NCBI GenBank assembly: GCA_000004695.1
Contig: CM000152.2
Location: 5,280,001 to 5,344,000, forward strand
Source of the DNA: Dictyostelium discoideum
Taxonomy: Eukaryota
Reading direction: 5' to 3'
Length of the DNA stretch: 64,000 nt
The notes beneath the pieces were generated by a model. The model had not been told where the DNA came from and searched no databases. It saw only the letters and a list, made by a program, of their open reading frames with translations. Of this stretch, positions 42,271-55,575 are shown one piece after another (positions within the stretch are counted from its first letter, which is position 1; every line of letters starts with the position of its first letter). The translations under genes were made by a program, and so were the position numbers.

Positions 42271-43506
42271 AATAACAAATCAAAATACAACAATATAACC
42301 AATTGTTACTATTCAAATAATTAAAATAAAATAAAATAAAATAAACATTATTATTGCAGAAGGTCTAACCCTTAGCAATTAATTAATTAATAACTAAAAA
42401 AAAAAAAAAATTCACATCATAATTAAAATTCAAAAATAAAATTGTAAATTATTGTTTATTCCATTTGGATAAACACTGGTTAACCGATTTTTTTTATATA
42501 AAAAAATCATAGTCTGCTCACGAATTTAGGTGACCTAACTTAACCTTGCAAGTTTTTTTTTAATTGCTAATATTTTTAAAATTTACAGTGCAAAAAATAA
42601 TAATACATAAAAATAAAAATTAAAAAAAATGGGAAAAAAAAACAACAATCTTATAATTTTTTTTTTAAATGGACAATATGTAAATCTTTAAAGATTTAAT
42701 CATAATAATTTATTATAATATTAGTTTAAAAATACTTTCTTGATGCCGACCGTTTCTTTATCATTTTATCTAATTAATCAGTATTTCTTTTCAGGCGACT
42801 GATTATTTGATTCTCTACCAGTAGTTCTTTTAAGGAGACTGGAAATTTCTTAATTCTATTCATTTTAGTATCTATCCATGAATTTTTATTTGAACCAATT
42901 TACTTTACCATTATCAATAATTTCCAAACATTTTAGTATCCATTTTTATTACTATTTTTAGTTTTATAACTATTTCCAATCTGTAAAATATATTAATAGC
43001 AACCTTTCTTTATAATATTAAAACAATAATTTCTAAACATTTTAGTATCTATCCATATTTCAACCATATAAACTATTTCCAATTTCATTTTAGTATCTAT
43101 CCATTTATTACCATAATTTCAACTATTTCCAATTTGTAAAAATATTTAATATTACCACACAGTACATTTTAATTTGTTACTTTAACCAAATTCCAACCAT
43201 TTTTTAAACTATTTCCAATTTTTTAAAATTGATTGCTACCAATTAACAAATTATTATAACAACTTGTTTAATAGTAATGGTAATATAACAAGATTTCTTG
43301 AAATTTTAATATCTACCCACAAACATTTAAACCATTTTCTAATACTACTGGCCAAAATATTTAATATCAATCCATAACTATATTTACAAATTATTCAAAA
43401 TATTCTTTGATTTGGTAGTTCATTGACATTATCCCAACAATGATTTATAAGTCCAAAACCAAAAAAATGAGATAGCCCCATAAACGTTACAAGTAACGGA
43501 GAAAAT

Positions 43507-43795
43507 TAGGACTTTGTTCCACAGGACGATTTGAGATTAAAGAAAAACACTTATTTGGATTTGGTTCCACTGGGATGATTTGAGATTAAAGAAAAACATA
43601 AATTTGGATTTGGTTCCACAGGACGATTTGAGGTTAAATAAAAACACTAATTTGGACTTTGTTCCACAGGACGATTTAAGATTAAAGAACAACATTAATT
43701 TGGACTTTGTTCCACAGGACGATTTGAGATTAAAGAAAAACTCTAACATGGACTTTGTTTTACAAGGATGACACGAGATTAAAGAAAAACATTAA
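43507..43795. repeat. Six tandem copies of a ~46-bp unit (ggactttgttccacaggacgatttgagattaaagaaaaaca.taatttg)
   Basis: Direct inspection. The 42740-43330 region also carries 5 dispersed copies of (cat)tttagtatctatccat. Confidence 0.85.
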
Positions 43796-44596
43796 TTTAT
43801 ATAGAACATTCGGGGCAAACAATAGTTTTATTACTTGTGAAACTGAAAAAATAACAAAGAATCTATGGGAATTAATAGTAGCAACCAATTGGTATACCAA
43901 TTAAAAGCAAAGTAAATGGATCATTTGCAAAAAATGGTCTTGGATAACGAAAAAATCAAAAGCATCCAACTTTGAAAATACCTACAACTAATTGGTATAC
44001 CATATTCATTAACATCCAAAGTAAACAAAATCATTTGCAAACGTGGAAATTGAAAAAAAGCAAAAAAAAGAAAAACAACCACCTACGGACAAGGAAAGGT
44101 CAATGAGTAAGACATTGACCACCTGCTTAAAAAATTTGTAGTATCCATAATAATTATTATATGTGTATTTAAAAAAAAAAATATTTAACAACATTACATT
44201 TACCATTAAGCTTTAAAGTTTGGGCGAAACTATTGAAAAACAATTGAGAGATCTTTGAAAACTATGGAAAATTCAATAAAAAAAAATCTTTAACGAAACA
44301 GAAGAATTCTATGAAAACACCTGAATACTTACAAACAGGTTACACTATTGAAATTCAAATAAAGTAAAAAATTAAACTTGAAAAATAGATTGTAACAATG
44401 AATTGAAGATTTCCAAAAAAAAAAAAAATATATTCAAAATAATAAAAAGGGTTAATCCAACACCACTATGTATATACCAAAACTATTATATATTTTTTAT
44501 AATTATTATTATTATTGTTATTATTATTATTAATAATATTATTATTTTAAAAAAATTAAAAATCACTAAAAAAAAAAAAAATATAAAGAGGTTATT

Positions 44597-44634
<38 letters not shown>

Positions 44635-44871
44635 AATTCTTGTTAATAATATTACCTTTAAAAAAAATTATTTATTCTTTATTTCTCTCAATTGTTAAAA
44701 AAAATGAATTAGTTAATATTTATCCACTTGATTTAAATTGGAACCGACATTTTAATATAGTTTATCTTTTTTTTTTTTTTTTTTTTTCTTTTTATATATT
44801 TATTTATTTATTTTTTAAAAATTAATGAACATTTTAGATAACAGTGGATTTTTTTTTTGTTTGTTTGTTTG

Positions 44872-45016
<145 letters not shown>

Positions 45017-45919
45017 TTTAATTTATTATTATTATTATTATTTATTTTATTTTATTTTTATTGAATAGTGAAATGAAAAAATCTATTTATACTTTTTTTT
45101 TTTTTAAAAGAAAATGAAAAATGTCTTTTATTTTTTATTTTTTATTTTATTTTTATTTTTATTTTATTTTTTTTTTTAAAAAAAAAAGGTAATTTTTCTA
45201 TTTTTGGAAAATTTTGTTTTTGGAAGGGGTTTAAAAAAAAACAAAAAATAATTTGGATCTTTTTTAAATAAAAAAAAGGTTTTTATTTTTACTTAATTTA
45301 GGAAAATCGCATATTGACATTCAGGAAGAAAATTTCAAGGCTTTTGGTTTTTTTTTTTTATAAAAAAGGTTTTTTTTTTTTTTATTTTTTTTTTTCAAAG
45401 AAAATTATTTAAGGAAATTTCTATTAAAAGTTAAAATTAATATTTTCATTATTATTATAGATGTTTTAGAATAATGTTTTTTTTTTATAAAAATTAACAG
45501 GGTTTTCAAAAAAAATTAAAAGATACATAAAAAACATTCAAGTTTGAGCATTTTTCGAAATTTAAAAATCTAAATAAATGTTTCAATAACAAAATGTGTA
45601 TGTAATATTGTTTTTGAGTTATTATAGCTTAAACAAATTGATCCACAATTACTCTAATTGATACAGCAGTCGTTGATTATTTGATTTTTAATATTTTAAT
45701 TTGTTTAATGTATTTGATTTTGTTGAAAATTTTTTATTATATTAGGCAGTCCAAGGTTGCATATGTATATCATTTTTTGAGAATATGGTAGTCTATTATT
45801 GTGTCTTGAATTTTGTCATCACTGTAGAGTGATTGTGCAAATATTAATTCTTTTAAAAATGTCTCCTATCAACACAAGAATTGAACATGCGACTATATAT
45901 TTACAAGAATAAAAATATT

Positions 45920-45990
45920 TGCGTATGCCGGGAATCGAACCCGGTTCAACTGCTTGGAAGGCAGCTATCATACCACTAGACCACATACGC
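45920..45990 (-). tRNA. tRNA-Gly (anticodon UCC), 71 nt
   Basis: Minus strand GCGTATGTGGTCTAGTGGTATGATAGCTGCCTTCCAAGCAGTTGAACCGGGTTCGATTCCCGGCATACGCA. Anticodon loop CTTCCAA; acceptor GCGTATG/CATACGC. Confidence 0.85.
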
Positions 45991-46039
45991 TTTGTTGATG
46001 ATAATTTAGGGTAAATGCTCGAATAAATTTTAATTATAA

Positions 46040-46228
46040 TTTGTAATTTTTTAGTTATTTATTTTTATATAGAAGCAAAAATAAAGATTTTGTTCAGCAA
46101 AATTAAAGATTTTGTTCAACAAAATTAATATATTTAACCAGATATTCTAGATCTAGAATAATACCACCACGATCAGCGATGTATATTAGTCAACAATAAT
46201 TAAAAACAAAAAAAAAAAAAAAAACTCC
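46040..46228 (+). mobile_element. Possible short poly(A)-terminated retroelement 3' remnant about 50 bp upstream of tRNA-Gly, with an internal 21-bp direct repeat (aaagattttgttca(g/a)caaaatta) and oligo(A) at 46205-46225
   Basis: Position (about 48 bp 5' of a tRNA gene) and the oligo(A) end distal to the tRNA match the TRE5 targeting geometry. No coding similarity to confirm. Confidence 0.2.
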
Positions 46229-46466
46229 TTGTTATCCAAACAAGGTTTGTAAATAAAATTTTAAAACAATTGGATCAAATTCAAAAAATATATATTTTAA
46301 TTAAATTTTATTAATCAACAAATATATTTATGTGGTATAATATATTACCTTCCACAGTTTCATCTCTACATAATTTTCCTAATTTTTCGCTTGTCTAAAT
46401 AAATAATTATTGAAAATGAATAGAAAGTTAGTTATTAAATATTTATTTTGATTATTAATTTTTCAT

Positions 46467-46896
46467 TTAATTTAAAAACAAACAAAAACAAACAACACCT
46501 ACCAATAATTGATCTTTAGCTAAATGTAAAGAGATTGAATTAATTTTAGCCAAATCAAAAGCAGATAGTGGACCATTTTCATTAATGATATCTAAAATTT
46601 GTTTAGCTATTTGTTCATCATTTTCATCTTTTGATTGAACCACAATAACACCACTATCAAATTTACGTAATCTTAAAGGTAAATCCAATGATTCAAATAA
46701 TAAACATGCCCTATATAAATCATCTGGTGAAATTAATTCTATACCTCTAGCTCTATTAAAAATACAATACAAATCTGATAATGTAATCATTTCATTATTA
46801 CCACTACCTTTATGTTGTTTTAAAATATTCTTTGTAATTATCCAATCTGATAATTGTTTTGATAATTGATCATGATATTTTGATTTTGCTGTTTTT
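46467..46896 (-). CDS. vps36: ESCRT-II subunit Vps36 (EAP45) gene, exon 3 (…KTAKSKYHDQLSKQL…ITLSDLYCIFNRARGIELISPDDLYRACLLFESLDLPLRLRKFDSGVIVVQS…)
   Basis: Collinear with the human VPS36 winged-helix region ([49 protein letters not shown]). Acceptor ttatag|AAAAACAGC. Confidence 0.8.
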
Positions 46897-47037
46897 CTAT
46901 AATTTAAATTTGAAAAATGTTAATAATAAATTTTTAATCATATTCTTATTGTGATTTTTAAAAAAAAAAAGAAATAAAAATAAAAAAATAAAAAAAAGAA
47001 ATAAAAATAAAAAATAATCAAAATTTTTATAAATTTA

Positions 47038-48283
<1,246 letters not shown>

Positions 48284-48354
48284 CTAATTAATTAATTTGT
48301 TAATATTAAAAAAAAAAAAAAACTCTATATTAATATATATATAAATATATTTAC

Positions 48355-48458
48355 CCATCATATATTGAAACATTATCAACTTTATATATTATAGATTCAT
48401 TTTGTATTAATTCTGGTTCTCCATTGATGACCCTTGTTTTTTGAAATAGTGTCTCCAT
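48355..48458 (-). CDS. vps36: Vps36 exon 1 (METLFQKTRVINGEPELIQNESIIYKVDNVSIYDG)
   Basis: ATG at 48458. Donor GATGG|GTAAAT; acceptor aattaattag|TGACCAAAAAACTC at 48283. Confidence 0.7.
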
Positions 48459-48695
48459 TGAAGTTAACTTTTAATGTGTTTTGAAAAGAAAATAAAACAA
48501 ATTAAAAATTTAAAAAAAAAAAAAATTTAAAAAAAAAAAAAAAATTAAAAATTTTAATACCATTTTTTTGACATTGTTCAAATAATTTTTTGGAGATATT
48601 TGTGGCCCAAAGTTAATTTAAAAAGGTAAAAAATCAAAATTTATTTGTGTCCTTTTTTTTTTTTTTTATTTTATTTTTTTTTCTTTTTTTTATTT

Positions 48696-48726
<31 letters not shown>

Positions 48727-48851
48727 GATTTCTTTTTTTAAAAAAACCAACGGGCTTATATAAATACACATAATTAAATTTTTTTTTTTTTATTTTTTTT
48801 ATTTTTTTTTAATATCCTTTCCTCTATAATAATTTAATTGCATATTATAAT

Positions 48852-49790
48852 ATGGAAGAATCAAATAACAATAATTTTTTATTTTCACCAGATTATATTT
48901 GGTCTCAATTACTTGAAAATAATAATAATAATTATAATAATAATTATAATAATATTAATAATAGCATTAATGAAAATTTACTAAATGAATTGAATAGTTT
49001 TCAAAATACAGGAGTATTTGATTTAGATACAAATATAGAACAGCAGCAACAACAACAACCAACTGAAATTCAACAACAACTACAAAACTATCAAGAATTC
49101 CAACAAAAAAAATATCAAGAACGTCAAGAACAATATCAAATTCAATATCAACAATCATATATAGAACCTTTAAATTTTAATGAAACATATAATAATGAAA
49201 CATATTGTAATATAATACCACAACCGCCCCAGGTTGAACAACAACAAGAACAAGAACAAGAACAAGAACAACAACAAAAACAACAACAACAACAATATAT
49301 TGAAAAACAAATACAAGAAATAATAAAAATACCAGAAAAAAGGCAAACACTTAACCAGATTCCTATTGAAATGATGCAACATAATTTCTTTAATACACCA
49401 AAACTTGATCAACAACTACTCTCAAATTATTCAGACTTTTTTAAAACAAATCCAATTTTACCTACAACCACAACAACAACAACAACCACAGCAATAACAA
49501 TAGATCAACAACAACAAAACCATATTGATAATCAGTCATTAAATAATTCAAACACAAAAACATCAAAGAACCAACAAAAAGATAATAATTTACCAAAAAA
49601 AAAGAATTTATCCTATGATATCACAAAAATAACATTTAATAATAATAATATAGAAAAAAAGAGAGACCAAACTGAATCAAGTAAAAATTTTAGAGAAAAA
49701 AAAAAGGAGTATGTAAAAGAAATTGAAAGTAAAATTTTAGCTCTAACCCTTGAAAATGATAAACTTAAAAAAGAAAATGATTCATTAAAA
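48852..49790 (+). CDS. bZIP transcription factor paralog A, exon 1 (N/Q-rich; ends in basic region …[39 protein letters not shown])
   Basis: Basic region plus the start of a heptad Leu zipper. Donor TTAAAA|GTATTT at 49790. Confidence 0.65.
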
Positions 49791-49878
49791 GTATTTTTAT
49801 AAAAATTAATAATTAATAATAATAAGAAAAAAAAAGAAAGATTATTAACAAAAAATACTTTATTTATTATATAATTAG

Positions 49879-50706
49879 ACTATTAATGGATCAAATTTAA
49901 TGAGACCAGAACCAGAATCAATTAATATGATAATGGAATGTAAAAAAATTATAAAAAAACTGGAAAAAGCATTAATTGATAATGATGAAAGATCATTAAT
50001 TTATTTATTATATCATTATCATAGTGAAACATCAAAAAGGTATTCATTAGTAGAAATTGAAGTTGATAAAATTGCAAACCCATATTCACAAATAAAATTA
50101 AAGTTAGCAGGTTATATTCAAAATCCAACAACTTTAGATATTTTTGATGGTAATTTTAATAATAATAATAATAATAATGGTAATAAAGAAGAAGAAGAAG
50201 AAATATCATGGTTTATAAAATATAAAAATGAAGCAAATCTTACAATTGAACAATCAAATAAATTAGATTTATTACGTAATCAACATGGTTTAATTTTTGA
50301 AACCTTATTAAAAGAAAGAAAACAATTGGATAATGAAATTTTAAAAGTTTTTAATGAAATTATAATTGCTAGTTACGATGGTTCAAATGCAAATTTAATT
50401 AGTGATAAAGGATTTGAATTAAAGAGTAAATTGAAATCATTAAAAATGAAAATCATTTCAAGTTTAAATTTAAATTTAGATACATTCTCATCAATTAGTT
50501 CCATTTTATTACCAAAACAAGAAGCATTACTTTTGGTTAGAGCTCATTTATTTGGTTCAAGTAAATTAAATCCTCAAATGGATTTTTTAAATAATGTTTG
50601 GACAAATATAATCTCTTCAAATTCTTCATGTAGTGTTTTCGAAATTTTAAATTCTTTAAAGGAATTTTCCGATTTAGAAAATTTAGAATTAAATAAAAAT
50701 TCATAA
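49879..50706 (+). CDS. bZIP paralog A, exon 2 (…TINGSNLMRPEPESINMIMECKKIIKKLEKALIDNDERSL… C-terminal domain)
   Basis: Frame open from acceptor ataattag|ACTATT (49879) and in phase with exon 1. The track ORF starts at an internal Met. Confidence 0.6.
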   Translation, partial: TINGSNLMRPEPESINMIMECKKIIKKLEKALIDNDERSLIYLLYHYHSETSKRYSLVEIEVDKIANPYSQIKLKLAGYIQNPTTLDIFDGNFNNNNNNNGNKEEEEEISWFIKYKNEANLTIEQSNKLDLLRNQHGLIFETLLKERKQLDNEILKVFNEIIIASYDGSNANLISDKGFELKSKLKSLKMKIISSLNLNLDTFSSISSILLPKQEALLLVRAHLFGSSKLNPQMDFLNNVWTNIISSNSSCSVFEILNSLKEFSDLENLELNKNS

Positions 50707-51008
50707 TTAATAATAATAATAATAAATAATAATAATAATAATAATATAAAATAAATTTTTTTTTTTTATACAAACTCAAAATTAATTAGTAACTCTTTCA
50801 TTGAATAATGAAATTTTAACATAATGATTTGTTGTTTTAACCGAAAAATTGCGTGCAACTTTTTTTTTTTTTTTTTTTTTTTTTAATTTTTTTTTCTTTT
50901 TTTTTTTTTTTTATACACAAAATAAAAAAAAAATGAATCAGTTTATTTTTAGTTATCTATTTTTAAAATATTTAAACTATTCTGTAAATAATTGAATATA
51001 AAAAAAAT

Positions 51009-51421
51009 ATGGAAGAATCCAATAATTTTTTATTATCTCCTGATTCCATTTGGTCTCAACTATTAGAAAATTCATATGCATTAAATGAAATCAATTGTTT
51101 TCAAAGTTTTGGAACAATTGATAATAATAATAATAATTATAGTAATAATAATAAAAATGGTAATGAAGAACTCTCACAACCAACTGAAATTCAACAACAA
51201 TTACAAAATTATCAGGAATTACAACAACAAAAATATCAGGAGCGTCAACAACAATATCAAACTCAATACCAACAACCATATATAGAGCCAATTTTTGAAA
51301 TCGTAGTTACTCAACAAGATCAACAAGAACTAATTCCACAACAACAACAACAAGAACAAGATCAACAAGAAGATCAAGATCAAGAACAAGAACAAGAACT
51401 ACAACAACAACAACAACAACT

Positions 51422-51509
<88 letters not shown>

Positions 51510-51759
51510 AAACAACAAAAACAACAAAAACAACAGCAACAAGAACAACCGTCAATAATTAAAGAACAAGACCAAGAACAAAAGAAAATAATTCAAGAAC
51601 AACTATGTGAAAAATCAATACAAACATTAGAAAATCATTTTTTTAATACAAATACCCCAAAATTAGATCATCAAATACTTTCAAACTATTCTGAATTTTT
51701 CAAAATAAATCAACCAATAACAGATATACCTACAACTCTAAATACGAACTTACAAAGTG

Positions 51760-51842
<83 letters not shown>

Positions 51843-52073
51843 TTATTAAATGAAAAACAAATTGAATCAACATCAAAAATAAAAAGAATTAATTTAGGTT
51901 ATGATATTACAAAAATAACATTTAATAAAATTGAAAAAGGTAAAAGAAATCAAACTGAATCAAGTAAAAATTTTAGAGAAAGAAAAAAAGAATATATTAA
52001 AGATATTGAACTTAAATTAAAAGAATTAACAATTGAAAATGATAAACTTAAAAAAGAAAATGATACATTAAAG
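51009..52073 (+). CDS. bZIP paralog B, exon 1 ([21 protein letters not shown]…; long poly-Gln; …[39 protein letters not shown])
   Basis: Same N-terminal motif MEESNN(F)[14 protein letters not shown] and the same basic region as paralog A. Donor TTAAAG|GTATAT. Confidence 0.65.
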
Positions 52074-52166
52074 GTATATATATATATATATATTTATTTA
52101 TTTTTTAAAAATAAAAAAATATTAATTAACTTTTAATTTATTTTTTTAAAAAAAAAAAAAAAAAAG

Positions 52167-52438
52167 AAAATAGGAATTGAAATAATGAGATCAGAACCAG
52201 AATCAATTAATATGATAATGGAATGTAAAAAAATTATAAAAAAACTTGAAAAAGCATTAATTGATAATGATGAAAGATCATTAATTTATTTATTATATCT
52301 TTATCATAGTGAAACATCAAAAAGATATTCATTAACAGAGATTGAAGTTGATAAAATAATAAATCCATATTCACAATTAAAATTAAAATTAGCAGGTTAT
52401 ATTCAAAATCCAACAACTGAAATTTTAGATATTTTTGG

Positions 52439-52508
<70 letters not shown>

Positions 52509-53054
52509 GATGATAATGAAGAAGAAGAAATATCATGGTTTAAAAAATATAAAAAAGAAGCAAATCTTACAATTGAACAATCAAATAAATTAGATTTATT
52601 ACGTGATTATCATTGTTTAAAATTTGAATTACTTTTAAAAGAAAGAAGAGAACTTGATAGAGATATTAAAAAATTATATAATGGTATTGCATTAAGTGGA
52701 TTTGATTTAACACCAAGATCGTTAGCAAATTGGGATATTGATAAACAAATTGAAACTACAAATAAATTAAATCTATTGAAAATTAAAATCATTTCAAGTT
52801 TAAATTTAAATTTAGATACATTCTCATCAATTAGTTCAATTTTATCACCAAAACAAGAAGCATTACTTTTGGTTAGAGCTCATTTATTTGGTTCAAATAA
52901 AAAAAATCCTCATATTGAAATTTTAAATAATGTTTGGACTGGTTTAATTTCTAAATCTTCTTCTCCAAGTTTTTTTGAAATTGCAAAACTTTTAAAAGAA
53001 ATGTCAGATTCTGCCAATGCTAAAATTATGGAAGATTATTTATATAAAAAATAA
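52167..53054 (+). CDS. bZIP paralog B, exon 2 (…KIGIEIMRSEPESINMIMECKKIIKKLEKALIDNDERSL…)
   Basis: The acceptor aaaaaaag|AAAATAGGA at 52167 gives a phase-0 continuation; the alternative AG at 52172-52173 is out of frame. Almost identical in protein to paralog A exon 2 over the first ~60 aa. Confidence 0.5.
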
Positions 53055-53061
53055 AATTTTT

Positions 53062-53095
<34 letters not shown>

Positions 53096-53540
53096 TTCTT
53101 TGTATTGTTTTAAAAAAAAAAATAATAATAAAAATTGGTGGTAGCCATATCAGACATCCTTATACAAAAAAAAAAAAATGGTTTAGATATTAATTAATGA
53201 AACTTGGGTCTTAAGCAATAATAGTTTAAGTTTTTTTATTTTTTTTATTTTACCTCAAGGTAAAATACACCTTTTGATTTGTGAATTATTGGGTATTATT
53301 TCTGGGTTTTTAGAGTGATTTTTGGTTTGGACTCTTTTGAGTGGTTTGATTGGTGTTTGGTATTTTTAGGTTGATGTGGGGTTAACTATAGCTAAGAGGA
53401 CCCTCTCCACCACCTTACAAATCTCTTTTAATCCGAAAATAACCAAAATTATAAAAAAATAAAATTAGTTTTGATTAATGCTTTATAGAATTCATATAAT
53501 ATTAATTGTGTTTCATTTTTTAATTATCAATTATTCAACA

Positions 53541-53551
53541 GGAATCGAACC
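53541..53551 (-). promoter_or_regulatory. ex-B box (GGTTCGATTCC on minus) 30 bp downstream of tRNA-Ser copy 1
   Basis: Exact B-box consensus outside the tRNA. Confidence 0.65.
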
Positions 53552-53580
53552 TCTGATCTAATTTAGTTCTGTAAAAAGAT

Positions 53581-53661
53581 CGACACCTGCAGGGTTCGAA
53601 CCTGCGCCTCCGAAGAGAACGCCTTAGCAGGGCGCCGCATTAACCACTTTGCTAAGGTGTC
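53581..53661 (-). tRNA. tRNA-Ser (anticodon GCU), copy 1, 81 nt with long variable arm
   Basis: Minus strand GACACCTTAGCAAAGTGGTTAATGCGGCGCCCTGCTAAGGCGTTCTCTTCGGAGGCGCAGGTTCGAACCCTGCAGGTGTCG. Anticodon loop CTGCTAA; acceptor GACACCT/AGGTGTC; T-arm GCAGG-TTCGAAC-CCTGC. Confidence 0.85.
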
Positions 53662-54599
53662 ATCACAAAAGTTTTGTTTGACTCACTTTATTAAAATGTC
53701 ATCTCAAACTATTTGGGGTGATACACTTTGCTTAGGTGTCACCGTGACAACAACATCAAACTCAACCTTCAATTCAAACAAATTATCCAGAACAACAACA
53801 ACCAAAATTAACACAATTAACATCAATTGAGATCTCTGCAAACTTGATTTTAGTAAATTTCTCTAAAATTTTATTTTTTTTACTTTTTTTTTCCTAGAAA
53901 TTAATTTTCAAATTTTTTTTTTTTACCTTGGAGGTTACCAAGATTTATTTTTTGTAACCTTCCAGTTTTTTTGAGTTTTTTTGAGTTTTTTTTATTTTTT
54001 ATTTTTTTTTTTTCTTAGTGTGTGTTGTTATAAAACAAATGTGTTCATATTTGTTTTAATTTTCCTCTCTTTTTTTTTTTAGTGTTTATTTATTTTTATT
54101 TTGTGTTCATTCTAACCAAGTCAAATATAAAAAGAAAAGAAAAAAAAAAAAAAGAAAGAAATAGAAAAAAAGAAAAGAAAAGAAAAGAAAAGAAAGAAAT
54201 AGAAAAAAAGAATAAAAATAATAATAAAAAAACTTTACAAATCATGTGAAAATAATAATAATAGTAATAAATCTGCTTTTATAAATTTTTTTTATTAAAT
54301 TTAAATAAAAAAAACAAATTAAGAATATATTTTTTTTGTTTTATTTTTAATTTTGAAATTTCATTTGATTTTTTCTCAAATAAAAGTAAATTATTTTTAT
54401 TTAAAATTAATTATTTGTTATCGAATAAAAAAAAAATTTAATTCAAAATAAATGAAAGTGACAATTCAAATTTATTATTTTTAAATTTAGTTTATTTTTA
54501 AAATTTACTTTTATAAACATTAAAAAGACTTGTTTTCAATTCAATGTAAAAATTTTCAATAAAAAAAACATTCATAATAAATTTTAGATATTGTCGATA

Positions 54600-54790
54600 A
54601 CATCAACTTATTATTTAAAAATAATCATGTTAAAAATTTTAATGTCTATTAAATATTTATTTTATTGATGACCTCACTACTTTCAAAATTTAATGCAGTA
54701 AATGGAGATCGAAGTAATAAACAAACAATCTATAAAAAATCTTGTTCAGGTTTGTTAATCTTGTTAATTCGTATTTTAATTTAAAATAAT
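54600..54790. repeat. ~180-bp segment duplicated at 59075-59250 (about 85% identity), part of a segmental duplication that carries tRNA-Ser copies 2 and 3 and their ex-B boxes
   Basis: Aligned by eye: …atcatgttaaaaatt(tt)aat(g/a)tctattaaatatttattttattgatgacctca…ggagatcgaagt…aatcttgttcag(g/a)tttgtt(a/t)atcttgttaattcg…. Confidence 0.7.
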
Positions 54791-54846
54791 ATATTTGATT
54801 AATTATTTTTATTATTTAATACTTCCCTCAGAACATTTATCTACAT

Positions 54847-54885
<39 letters not shown>

Positions 54886-55121
54886 TGGATTAACAAGATT
54901 GATATATGTCCATCTGTGTTAATACGAGTTTTATTTAATATTTATTTAAAGGCTTATCATTTAAGCTGAAGGGTTATTTTAATCATATGAATTGATCAAA
55001 AGATATAATATTTGGGAGAGATGATTCTGGTCTACATAATGGTGATGTTTTTGTATTATTTATTTATTTTTTTACAACAGGAGTCGAACCTGTTATTATG
55101 TTTTGAATTTTGGAAAAATTT

Positions 55122-55202
55122 CGACACCTGCAGGGTTCGAACCTGCGCCTCCGAAGAGAACGCCTTAGCAGGGCGCCGCATTAACCACTTTGCTAAGGTG
55201 TC
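55122..55202 (-). tRNA. tRNA-Ser (GCU), copy 2, identical to copy 1
   Basis: Identical 81-nt sequence. ex-B box GGTTCGACTCC (minus) at 55080-55090. Confidence 0.85.
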
Positions 55203-55249
55203 ATCGAAAATAAAATGGGAGATACACTTTCCTAAGGTGTCATTGAATC

Positions 55250-55527
55250 AAAAAATAATCAGATCGAAAAAAACAAACAACAACAACAATCTCTTTTTTT
55301 GATTATTTCATTTTTCATATAAAAAAGACTTAAAAAACAAATAAATAAATAAATAAACTATTTTAAAAAGCCATCTTTTTACTTTATTGTAATTTATTAT
55401 TTGTTTCGTTTTGAGAATTTTGCGTAGCAAAATTTTCAAAAAAAAAGCAAAAAATAATCAGATCGAAAAAAACAAACAACAACAACAATCTCTTTTTTTG
55501 ATTATTTCATTTTTCATATAAAAAAGA

Positions 55528-55575
<48 letters not shown>
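55250..55575 (+). mobile_element. Poly(A)-terminated element fragment beginning about 48 bp upstream of tRNA-Ser copy 2. Contains an 80-bp internal direct duplication (55253-55333 and 55448-55528) and ends in A46
   Basis: Position 48 bp 5' of the tRNA with oligo(A) distal is the TRE5 insertion geometry. Exact 80-bp duplicate visible. Likely a 5'-truncated TRE5 3' end or 3'-UTR module. Confidence 0.35.

Noticed and set aside
43537-43771. ORFs 43537-43749 (-) and 43580-43771 (+) with internally repeated peptides
   Set aside because: They lie entirely within the 46-bp x6 tandem DNA repeat. Repetition at the DNA level explains them; no start or stop context.
53541-53551. tRNA-like T-arm fragments (GGTTCGANTCC) 30-42 bp from each tRNA, initially considered tRNA pseudogene fragments
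   Set aside because: Only the 11-nt B-box is present, at the characteristic spacing, with no D or anticodon arm. Better explained as external B boxes, a known Dictyostelium tRNA-gene feature.
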